From the NCBI GenBank assembly GCA_045612745.1, contig JAZKZQ010000062.1, positions 623 to 64,622 on the forward strand: a DNA stretch of 64,000 nucleotides, in the 5' to 3' direction. Source of the DNA: Cellulosilyticum sp. (lineage in GTDB: Bacteria > Bacillota > Clostridia > Lachnospirales > Cellulosilyticaceae). Position numbers and translations under genes: made by a program. Shown in pieces: positions 17,979 to 29,521 of this stretch. Every line of letters begins with the position of its first letter. Within the stretch, counting starts at the first letter, position 1. The notes beneath the pieces are model-generated. The model saw only the letters and a program-made list of their open reading frames with translations, searched no databases and was not told where the DNA came from.

Positions 17979-18794
17979 TTATTGTACCATGAGTTTTTCA
18001 ATTTCTTCCCTAGGTAAACCTGTTGCAATCTCAATTGCCTCCATCGGAAGTTTAATTGCTAGCATTCTCTTAGCTGTTTCATATTTTTCTTGTTCTATCC
18101 CTTGTTCTATTCCTTGTTCTATCCCTTGCTCAAACTTTTCTCTATCTCTCTCTAAAAGTGTCATATACTCAACCTCCATTCTTTTGTCTTGCTTTATAGC
18201 TACTACTTTTTTATGAAGCTCTTTTACTAATTTGCTCTTGCTATGTTCAACATATTCATCTGTTGAATCTTCTATATAACCTAGAAATTCTAGCATTTCA
18301 TCATCTGTGTCTTTTATGTTTCCTTTCGTATTTAAAAATACTTTATATGTTTCATCTTCTAATAACACACTTGTATCTTCTATACATTGATTTACAAAAG
18401 TATAAATATGTCTTCCTTTATTAAATGGATCAAAGGTACATATAAAAATTACAAAGCTTTTCTTTAACTTTTTATAGTCTTCACCTTTTGAAATTAAATC
18501 TAAATCAATGTTTCCTTGATAATATCGGCTTCTTTTAGCTAGATTTTTATGTTCTCCTTTTTGCATCTCTACATTGTAAACCGTACCATTCTCATCATTA
18601 ACATAGATATCTAAACGTACACCTTTACTTTCTAATAATAAATCTATCACTTTTTGATTCTCTGGCATTTCTATCTTCTTTATTTTGATATTTAAAATCT
18701 TCTCTAATACCTTTTGACAAATCTCTTTATCCATCATTACTTTAGCAAAAAGAAAGTCATCTTCTAAGTTAAGTTCTTTAATTGTTTTTTCCAC
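17979..18794 (-). CDS. Rpn-family recombination-promoting nuclease / PD-(D/E)XK putative transposase
   Basis: DDFLFAKVM, GVRLDIYV, YNVEMQ, KRSRYYQ, FICTFDPF, C-terminal EQGI repeats and IEIATGL. Confidence 0.9.
   Translation of the reverse strand: MEKTIKELNLEDDFLFAKVMMDKEICQKVLEKILNIKIKKIEMPENQKVIDLLLESKGVRLDIYVNDENGTVYNVEMQKGEHKNLAKRSRYYQGNIDLDLISKGEDYKKLKKSFVIFICTFDPFNKGRHIYTFVNQCIEDTSVLLEDETYKVFLNTKGNIKDTDDEMLEFLGYIEDSTDEYVEHSKSKLVKELHKKVVAIKQDKRMEVEYMTLLERDREKFEQGIEQGIEQGIEQEKYETAKRMLAIKLPMEAIEIATGLPREEIEKLMVQ
18087..18132 (-). repeat. 12-bp tandem coding repeat (EQGI)n in rpn
   Basis: ttgttctatccc / ttgttctattcc / ttgttctatccc units. Confidence 0.85.
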
Positions 18795-18875
18795 TTGTTA
18801 CTCCTTATAATAGTCACTTAACTATATTATATCCTATATTACTTCCAATAAACACGCTTAATATCCATTAATGTT

Positions 18876-18914
18876 AAAAAGCTAGATTACAAATTTTAAT
18901 GTAACCTAGCTTTT
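18876..18914 (-). terminator. Intrinsic terminator after SEC-C gene
   Basis: aaaaagctagattaca / tgtaacctagctttt. Confidence 0.7.
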
Positions 18915-18921
18915 CTTGTTA

Positions 18922-19986
18922 TTAGCGTCCGCAGCACTTTTTATATTTTTTACCACTGCCACATGGACATGATTCATTTCTTCCTACTTTTGTTTTATTT
19001 ACTTGCTGACTTGCCACGCCTTGTATTTCATCTGGTGTAAAACCTCTATTAAGCCATACACGTGTTGTATTCATTACTTTAACCACAAAGCCTACAAGCT
19101 TATTTACTTCTTCCATGTTCCTTGGCGTAATACCCATTACATTCCAACGTGATAATGTATGTTGTAATATATTATCTCCTACTTTAGTTGCAATTTGTTG
19201 ACCTACACAAAGATCAAAAATGGCTTCTTCTACAGTATGCTCATCTAATTTATACACTGTTTTTAAATGTGTTTTAAGTCTTTCAATATGTAATGTATGT
19301 TCGTAATAGTCTTCATCAGAATAACGTATAAACTCTTCTTTAGATGGTTCATAATATGCCTTACCCGCAGTATTTTCAAGAAGTTCATTGAAACCTGCTT
19401 TTTCAAACATACAAAGACACTCTGCTACAATGTATCCCTCCATATAATCATATGTTTTTCCTAAGTGAGCATCTACACTAAGCCACTCAAAATATATTTT
19501 CTCATCTAATGCTTCACCTTCATATTTTTCATATAAAGCTTTAAGCTGACTAAATTCAACTATACCATATAAATGAATTGCTGCATATGTATACTTACGT
19601 AATTTAGCATATTTTAAATATTTTGGTGAAAATTCTTTAATTCTCTCATCTTGTTCAAAGTGCTTTTTATATTTTGTTCTTACTTCTTCTGGTAGTGTGA
19701 CTATCCCATCTTTAGAAATTTGTGCAAGTCCGATATTTTCTAGAAATCCATAAATTCCTTTTGGATCTATACAATCTGAAATTTCACCTTGTTCCACTAG
19801 ATGCTCTATATGCTTTAATTGCATATCATCAAATAATGCCATAAAGTTTATTGCTTCTTCTAATATAACAGGCATCAGTTCTTCACATAAAGCATCTTTA
19901 TTAAGCTTAGATACTCCTTTTAAACCATAAAGCTTTGTCAGTTCCTTTAATTCGTCTTTTGTTCTTTTCATTAATTGTAATTTCAT
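18922..19986 (-). CDS. SEC-C metal-binding domain protein
   Basis: C-terminal KVGRNESCPCGSGKKYKKCCG; NTTRVWLNRGFTP motif; N-terminal helix-extension-helix-like segment. Confidence 0.85.
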   Translation of the reverse strand: MKLQLMKRTKDELKELTKLYGLKGVSKLNKDALCEELMPVILEEAINFMALFDDMQLKHIEHLVEQGEISDCIDPKGIYGFLENIGLAQISKDGIVTLPEEVRTKYKKHFEQDERIKEFSPKYLKYAKLRKYTYAAIHLYGIVEFSQLKALYEKYEGEALDEKIYFEWLSVDAHLGKTYDYMEGYIVAECLCMFEKAGFNELLENTAGKAYYEPSKEEFIRYSDEDYYEHTLHIERLKTHLKTVYKLDEHTVEEAIFDLCVGQQIATKVGDNILQHTLSRWNVMGITPRNMEEVNKLVGFVVKVMNTTRVWLNRGFTPDEIQGVASQQVNKTKVGRNESCPCGSGKKYKKCCGR

Positions 19987-20173
19987 CTTTTTACCCCATT
20001 CTATTACTAAAATCCATAATTAAGTACTTATCTACTATACCACCAATGTATATATTTGGTAAATAGTATACGACTAAAAAATTCTAAATTTAGGAATTTT
20101 TTTACATTAAACTTATATCATAGATTATAATCTATAAACTGAATTTATTTATATGTGTAAAATTACTTCTCAT

Positions 20174-20222
20174 AAAAAAACTGTTACTCAGTGCACGCAT
20201 ATACACCTTGTAACAGTTTTTT
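20174..20222 (-). terminator. Intrinsic terminator of the atp operon
   Basis: aaaaaaactgttac / gtaacagttttt immediately after atpC stop. Confidence 0.75.
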
Positions 20223-20223
20223 A

Positions 20224-20622
20224 TTATTTCATGCTACTTAAGTTAAGACGTGCGAGTGCTTTTTTAAGTGCAATTTCTGCACGAACTCTATCTATGTTTT
20301 GTTCAGTAAGACGTTTTTCTGCACGTTCTTTTGCTTTTTTAGCACGTTCAATATCAATCTGATCAGCAAACTCAGATGCATCTGTTAAAATAACAACTTT
20401 ATCTTTTGTTACTTCCGCAAATCCACCAAGAGTAGTTGCTCTTTTTTTCACACCATCTTGAGTATAGACTACTTTGTCATAACCAAGTAATGTTACAACT
20501 GGCTCATGGTCATATAAAACTCCCATTTGTCCTTCTGTTGTACCTAATGTTACTGCTTCAACTTCTTCATCTAAGATAGTTTTCATTGGTGTGATGATTT
20601 GAAGTCTCATTTTATTTGCCAT
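20224..20622 (-). CDS. atpC: F1Fo ATP synthase epsilon subunit
   Basis: LQIITP, GQMGVLYDHEP, GGFAEV, IDIERAKKAKERAE. Confidence 0.97.
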   Translation of the reverse strand: MANKMRLQIITPMKTILDEEVEAVTLGTTEGQMGVLYDHEPVVTLLGYDKVVYTQDGVKKRATTLGGFAEVTKDKVVILTDASEFADQIDIERAKKAKERAEKRLTEQNIDRVRAEIALKKALARLNLSSMK

Positions 20623-20635
20623 AATGACCTCCTAA

Positions 20636-22033
<1,398 letters not shown>

Positions 22034-22048
22034 TCACTCCTTTATTAC

Positions 22049-22918
22049 TTATTTGAGTGCTCCTACCCCCGCAACGATTTCTGTTAACTCTTGAGTAATA
22101 GCAGCTTGTCTAGCTCTGTTGTACTGAATGCTTAACTTATCTTGGATTTCTTGCGCATTTTCTGTGGCAGAATCCATAGCTGTCATTCTCGCACCATTTT
22201 CACTAGCGCTAGCTTCAGAGAGTGCACCATAAATAACATCCGCTACATATCTTGGAATAATGTATCCAAGTACTGCTTCTGGTGATGGTTCATAAACTAA
22301 AAGATCGCTTGGTTCGCTTGGTTCACTTTTTTGTTCTTCTTCTATATTTTGAATATCTAATGGTAAAAGACGAATCATTTGTGGTTCTTGTTGAATAGTA
22401 GATTTAAAGCTTGTGTAAGCTAAATATACCTCTCCAATTTCACCTTGTGCATATTTGTCAATTACATAGTTTGCAATTTCTTTTGCATCTTGGTAAGTTG
22501 GTGCTTCAGAAATATCTAAAACAGATTTAGCTACGTCATAGCCTCTTGATTTAAATTGATCTACACCTTTTTTGCCAACCACTACTAAGTGGCTTTTTTC
22601 TTTATCTTCAATAGCACTCATTGTAAGTTTACAAATGTTTGCATTGTAACCGCCGCAAAGCCCTTTATCTCCTGCTAAAGTAATGTATGCTTTAACATCA
22701 GAGCCATTTGCTTCAAGGAAAGGTGAACCTTGCCCATTAGCGTTCTTTGCTATTGATTGCATAGTTGCTAAAATTTTGTTGAAAAAGGGTCTTGTTCTAA
22801 GGGCCGCCTCTTTACTTTTATTAAGTTTAGAGGTAGCAACAAGATTCATAGCACTAGTAATTTTCTTCGTGCTATCGATGCTTCGGATTCGCCCTTTAAT
22901 ATCTTGTAAAGACGCCAT
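22049..22918 (-). CDS. atpG: F1Fo ATP synthase gamma subunit
   Basis: KITSAMNLVA, DKGLCGGYN, RARQAAITQELTEIVAG. Confidence 0.98.
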   Translation of the reverse strand: MASLQDIKGRIRSIDSTKKITSAMNLVATSKLNKSKEAALRTRPFFNKILATMQSIAKNANGQGSPFLEANGSDVKAYITLAGDKGLCGGYNANICKLTMSAIEDKEKSHLVVVGKKGVDQFKSRGYDVAKSVLDISEAPTYQDAKEIANYVIDKYAQGEIGEVYLAYTSFKSTIQQEPQMIRLLPLDIQNIEEEQKSEPSEPSDLLVYEPSPEAVLGYIIPRYVADVIYGALSEASASENGARMTAMDSATENAQEIQDKLSIQYNRARQAAITQELTEIVAGVGALK

Positions 22919-22938
22919 CGTTATTCACCCCTTTTCTA

Positions 22939-24465
<1,527 letters not shown>

Positions 24466-25011
24466 CTATGCAAGTCTAAGTTCTGATAGTTGTTTCTTTA
24501 AAGTTTTCATCTCACCTTTTATGCTGACATCAATAACTTTATCCCCAACTCGAATAATTAGTCCTGCAATAATGCTTTCGTCTATAATTGTTTCAAGCTC
24601 AATTACCTTGCCTGTACCTGCTTGTAAATTGGCTTTAATTTGTTCGATTTGTGTTTCATTTAAGGCTACAGCTGAAGTAACAGATGCTTTAATAATGCCT
24701 CTTGCTGCTTTAGCCATATCTAAGAAATTCTCAAGAACTTCTAATAAGTAACCTTCTCTGCTTTTTTTAACCATAAGTGCCATAAGACCTACAATAGGAC
24801 TTTGTACTTTATCGGCAAAAATGTTATCCACTAAAGTAAGCTTCTCTTCAAGTGTTACTTTATGATTTCCTAAAACTGCCATAAAGTCTGGCGTTTCTTT
24901 AAGTGCTTCTACGATTGTACTAACCTCTGTCTCATACTGTGCTACAGCGTTATCTTCGTGAGCCATATCGAAAAGGGCAGTAGCGTATCTTTTTACAATT
25001 AGCTCAGCCAC
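24466..25011 (-). CDS. atpH: F1Fo ATP synthase delta subunit
   Basis: KRYATALF, IDESIIAGLIIRVGDKVIDVS. Confidence 0.96.
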   Translation of the reverse strand: MAELIVKRYATALFDMAHEDNAVAQYETEVSTIVEALKETPDFMAVLGNHKVTLEEKLTLVDNIFADKVQSPIVGLMALMVKKSREGYLLEVLENFLDMAKAARGIIKASVTSAVALNETQIEQIKANLQAGTGKVIELETIIDESIIAGLIIRVGDKVIDVSIKGEMKTLKKQLSELRLA

Positions 25012-25556
25012 TGTACATCCCCCATCTCTTTAATGATGTCATTAATCATATCTTGATGTTTAGCTTCATCCATTGTAGATGCAACGAATTTGCTAGCCAT
25101 CATTGTTGATACTTCGATCATTTGTTGTTTCATTTCATCTTTAACACGTTCTTGTTCAAGTGCGATGTCATTTAATGCTTTTTGTTTAATGCTTTCAGCT
25201 TCTTTTCTAGCTTCTGCAATAATTTGTTCTTCGCGAGCTACAGCTTTTGCTCTAGTGTCTTTAAGGATTTGGTCAGCTTCTTCCTCTATTTTTGCAAGTT
25301 TAGCTTCATATTCCGCTTTTAATTCAAGAGCACTAGCTTTTGAACTTTTTGCATCGTCGATTGTTTTGGCAATGCCATCTTTTCTTTTATCTAAGAACTC
25401 TGTCATTGGTTTGAAAAGAAGTTTATAAAGGATAAAGATAATGATGAATGTAGAAATCCATTGTAGTGCTAAATCCCATAATAACTGCACATCAAATCCA
25501 ATAATTCTTCCTGCCTCTTCAGTAGCAGCTAATACAGTAATAAATGATGTATTCAA
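24999..25556 (-). CDS. atpF: F1Fo ATP synthase b subunit
   Basis: TM helix then KLLFKPMTEFLDKRK and long coiled coil; operon position. Confidence 0.95.
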   Translation of the reverse strand: MNTSFITVLAATEEAGRIIGFDVQLLWDLALQWISTFIIIFILYKLLFKPMTEFLDKRKDGIAKTIDDAKSSKASALELKAEYEAKLAKIEEEADQILKDTRAKAVAREEQIIAEARKEAESIKQKALNDIALEQERVKDEMKQQMIEVSTMMASKFVASTMDEAKHQDMINDIIKEMGDVQWLS

Positions 25557-25600
25557 AGGGAAGCTCCCTCCTTTCTATGTCATTATGCTATTTCTTCTAA

Positions 25601-25921
<321 letters not shown>

Positions 25922-25997
25922 TTAATTTAATTTTTTAGTTAAACCCTATTTTGTTTAAACTCTGATGTCTTATGCAGATAACTAAGATGTCTCTATA

Positions 25998-26552
<555 letters not shown>

Positions 26553-26558
26553 TCATTT

Positions 26559-27269
26559 CTATTCCATGGCACTTGATACAAAGGTCATACTAAGCATTAC
26601 AAAGATAAATGCTTGTAGTGATCCAGCAAATACGTCAAAGTACATATGAAGCGCTGCTGGTACACCAATTAGTGTTAAGAACCAAGGGAACATTGCATAT
26701 ACAAGCCCCATGATAATTGTTCCACCTAAAATGTTACCGAATAAACGGAAACTTAAAGAGATTGGTGTTGCAAGTTCACCAATGATATTAAGTGGTAATA
26801 AGAATGGCATTGGTGATAATAACGTATCGTTAATATAGTTTTTAACACCTTTTTGTTTGATACCAAATCCATGAACCATGAAGAATGTAGTTAATGCAAA
26901 CGCAAGTGTCGTTGCAACGTCTGCTGTTGGTGGTCTTAAACCAACAAGCCCTGAAAGATTACATACCGCAATGAAAATCATTAATGGTCCGTAGAAATAT
27001 GCAAAACCTTTACCAGCTTTTTCACCCATTGTGTTTAAGATGAATGTTGATAATACATCAACAACTGTTTCTACGATGTTTTGGAATCTAGTTTCAGGAA
27101 CTTCTTTAAAGTTTTTAATCTTGCGTCTAATAATAAGCGCAACGATTGTAAGTACAGCCATGATAATCCAAGTATTAATATGTGTTTGTGTAATACCTAG
27201 TGTCTCATTCCCGACTTTAAAGAGTTTAATGACGGTTTTTACGCCAAAATCTAAATTTTGTTCGCCCAC
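26559..27269 (-). CDS. atpB: F1Fo ATP synthase a subunit
   Basis: PPTAD, ISLSFRLFGNI with the essential Arg, LQAFIF. Confidence 0.97.
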   Translation of the reverse strand: MGEQNLDFGVKTVIKLFKVGNETLGITQTHINTWIIMAVLTIVALIIRRKIKNFKEVPETRFQNIVETVVDVLSTFILNTMGEKAGKGFAYFYGPLMIFIAVCNLSGLVGLRPPTADVATTLAFALTTFFMVHGFGIKQKGVKNYINDTLLSPMPFLLPLNIIGELATPISLSFRLFGNILGGTIIMGLVYAMFPWFLTLIGVPAALHMYFDVFAGSLQAFIFVMLSMTFVSSAME

Positions 27270-27356
27270 CTACTCACACTCCTTTCCATCTAAAGTATAT
27301 ATTGCAAACATGCCTTAACGGCCTGTTATTGCCAGTAGTAATATTATTAATTAACT

Positions 27357-27740
27357 TTATTTAGTAGTTTTATCAATCTTTCTCACCCAAAGTGTTGCAT
27401 AAGCTCCTACTTTCATAGATAAAAGACCGAAAAATACCCCTATTAAACTAATACTTGGTTCTAATGCTGCTACAACCAGTACAATTCCTGTTAATACATA
27501 TCGTAACATATATTGTGCATTAGCATAATTTTTAGCCTTCTCTGGTGGTAGTAAAATTGCTTTACTAATAGTCTTCTCCATAAGTTTTAATTTTAGCAAA
27601 GAAAATATTAATCCAAAAGCAATTCCCACTGTCCAACCGACCTTATCAGTAGTTATAAATATACCTATAATGTACACAATTAATGAAAATATCATCATAG
27701 TAACAGGTACTAAGTTTTTTTCAGAAGTAGTCTTATTCAT
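27357..27740 (-). CDS. atpI: ATP synthase subunit I (c-ring assembly membrane protein)
   Basis: Four hydrophobic segments, YMLRY motif, directly upstream of atpB. Confidence 0.85.
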   Translation of the reverse strand: MNKTTSEKNLVPVTMMIFSLIVYIIGIFITTDKVGWTVGIAFGLIFSLLKLKLMEKTISKAILLPPEKAKNYANAQYMLRYVLTGIVLVVAALEPSISLIGVFFGLLSMKVGAYATLWVRKIDKTTK

Positions 27741-27969
27741 CTTTATCCTCTTTTTTTTGTTTTTTAATTTCGTTGCCTATATAGAAAAATAAGTTTCTAA
27801 AAGCTCCACCCACTCCTAATAATACAAAAATAATTGTAAATAGTGGCGTTTTATGAAATTTATCGTCTAAAATTGAACCTACTAGTGTACAAATCAAAAT
27901 AGGTGTAATCATCGTGAAACCTAACTGAGAAATTAAACTGATATATTTAGCCCATGAATTTTTCTTCAC
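27733..27969 (-). CDS. AtpZ/AtpI-family small membrane protein
   Basis: ISQLGFTM...GSILDDKF...LLGVGGAF two-TM pattern; first gene of the atp operon. Confidence 0.8.
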   Translation of the reverse strand: MKKNSWAKYISLISQLGFTMITPILICTLVGSILDDKFHKTPLFTIIFVLLGVGGAFRNLFFYIGNEIKKQKKEDKDE

Positions 27970-28167
27970 AGTCTACACCCCTTTTCGCTTTGTTATTAAT
28001 ATTTCTGAATAAATATCCTCATTATCTACTTTATAGTACTTTCTCTAAAATTTCAAGCACTAACCATTTTACCATATGTATTCAATTTTTTACATTTTTA
28101 TTTATTCGAAACTGGATTTTTACATTATACACTTATAAACTACTTAAAACTACACCCCTAGTTAATC

Positions 28168-28208
28168 AAAAGAGAGGCTACATTTTATACAAATGTAGCC
28201 TCTCTTTT
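28168..28208 (-). terminator. Intrinsic terminator after wecB
   Basis: aaaagagaggctacattt / aaatgtagcctctctttt. Confidence 0.8.
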
Positions 28209-28226
28209 ACCTTCAATTTCCTATTT

Positions 28227-29378
28227 CTATACTAAATAATCTTTAGGTCTTGCTTCTTCTTTACCAAAATTATAACGAATAGCATCCACAATACGTTTAG
28301 ATGCATTACCATCTCCAAATGGATTTTTAGCAATAGCCATTTGATGATATACTTCTTCGTCTGTTAAAAGTTCTTTTGTTAAATTGTAAATCGTATCTTT
28401 TTCAATACCTGCAAGTTTTAATGTGCCCGCTGCAATACCTTCTGGTCTTTCCGTTACATTACGAAGTACAAGAACTGGTTTACCAAGAGATGGTACTTCT
28501 TCTTGTAATCCACCTGAGTCTGTAAGTACAAGGTATGAGCGTTTCATAAGATTATGCATATCTTTAAGGTCAAGAGGTTCTACTAAATGTACTCTTTCTA
28601 CATTCCCAAGAATTTCATAAACTACATCTCTTACAATAGGATTCTTATGAACAGCATAAACTACTTCTACATCTTCATGCTCAGCAACGATTTGACGTAC
28701 TGCTTCACAAATATTTTGAAGTGGTTCGCCCCAATTTTCTCTTCTGTGTGCTGTCATCGTAATAACACGTTTATTTGCATAATCAATGTCATTAAGTTCT
28801 TCTACTGTGAAGTTATATGCTTCCTCTACAGTTGTAGCTAATGCATCAATTACAGTATTACCTGTTATAAAAATACTTGCTTCATCTACTGCTTCTTTTA
28901 ATAAGTTTTCCTTAGCAAGTGCGGTAGGTGAAAAATGAAGATCTGTAAGTGAACCTGTAAGTTTTCTATTCATTTCTTCTGGGAATGGCTCATATTTATT
29001 ATAAGTTCTAAGTCCAGCTTCTACATGCCCTACTTTAATTTGTTTATAAAAAGCTGCAAGGGCCGCTGCAAAAGAGGTTGTTGTATCACCATGAACAAGG
29101 ACAATATCTGGTTTAGCTTCTTCTAATACTTCTTCTAAACCTTCTAGCACTTTAGTTGTAACACCTGTAAGTGTTTGTCTTTGTTTCATAATGTCTAAAT
29201 CATAGTCTGGTTTGATGTCAAATAGCTCTAAAACTTGATCTAACATCTCACGATGTTGGGCTGTTACACACACAACATTATCTATATCGGCATTTTTTTC
29301 CAGTTCCTTAACAAGTGGCGCCATTTTTACTGCTTCTGGTCTTGTACCAAATACACTCATGACTTTTATCTTCTTCAT
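28227..29378 (-). CDS. wecB: UDP-N-acetylglucosamine 2-epimerase (non-hydrolysing)
   Basis: FGTRPEAVKMAP, HGDTTT, GHVEAGLR, TDSGGLQEE, TERPEG, NPFGDG. Confidence 0.97.
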   Translation of the reverse strand: MKKIKVMSVFGTRPEAVKMAPLVKELEKNADIDNVVCVTAQHREMLDQVLELFDIKPDYDLDIMKQRQTLTGVTTKVLEGLEEVLEEAKPDIVLVHGDTTTSFAAALAAFYKQIKVGHVEAGLRTYNKYEPFPEEMNRKLTGSLTDLHFSPTALAKENLLKEAVDEASIFITGNTVIDALATTVEEAYNFTVEELNDIDYANKRVITMTAHRRENWGEPLQNICEAVRQIVAEHEDVEVVYAVHKNPIVRDVVYEILGNVERVHLVEPLDLKDMHNLMKRSYLVLTDSGGLQEEVPSLGKPVLVLRNVTERPEGIAAGTLKLAGIEKDTIYNLTKELLTDEEVYHQMAIAKNPFGDGNASKRIVDAIRYNFGKEEARPKDYLV

Positions 29379-29521
29379 TTATAGTACTCCTTCTCTAGCT
29401 TTTGTTTATTTTGTTACCAATATCTATTTTACATATGTCCTGTATATAGTACACCTAATTTCTAAATTCTTCTAGTATTTCCATACCATCCTCTAAAGTT
29501 CATTGTGTGAATTAAATGATA

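Noticed and set aside
18087-18132. Tandem repeat as a regulatory or CRISPR-like array
   Set aside because: In-frame 12-bp coding repeat typical of Rpn C termini
27270-27356. Small hairpin (gca-aaca-gcc/ggc-tgtt-tgc) between atpI and atpB as a Na+ riboswitch
   Set aside because: Too short, inside the operon, no expression platform and I cannot match it to the DUF1646 consensus; may only be an mRNA stability hairpin
27973-28158. Direct repeat ctacacccc twice upstream of the atp operon
   Set aside because: Only 9 bp, one copy is the RBS; compatible with chance
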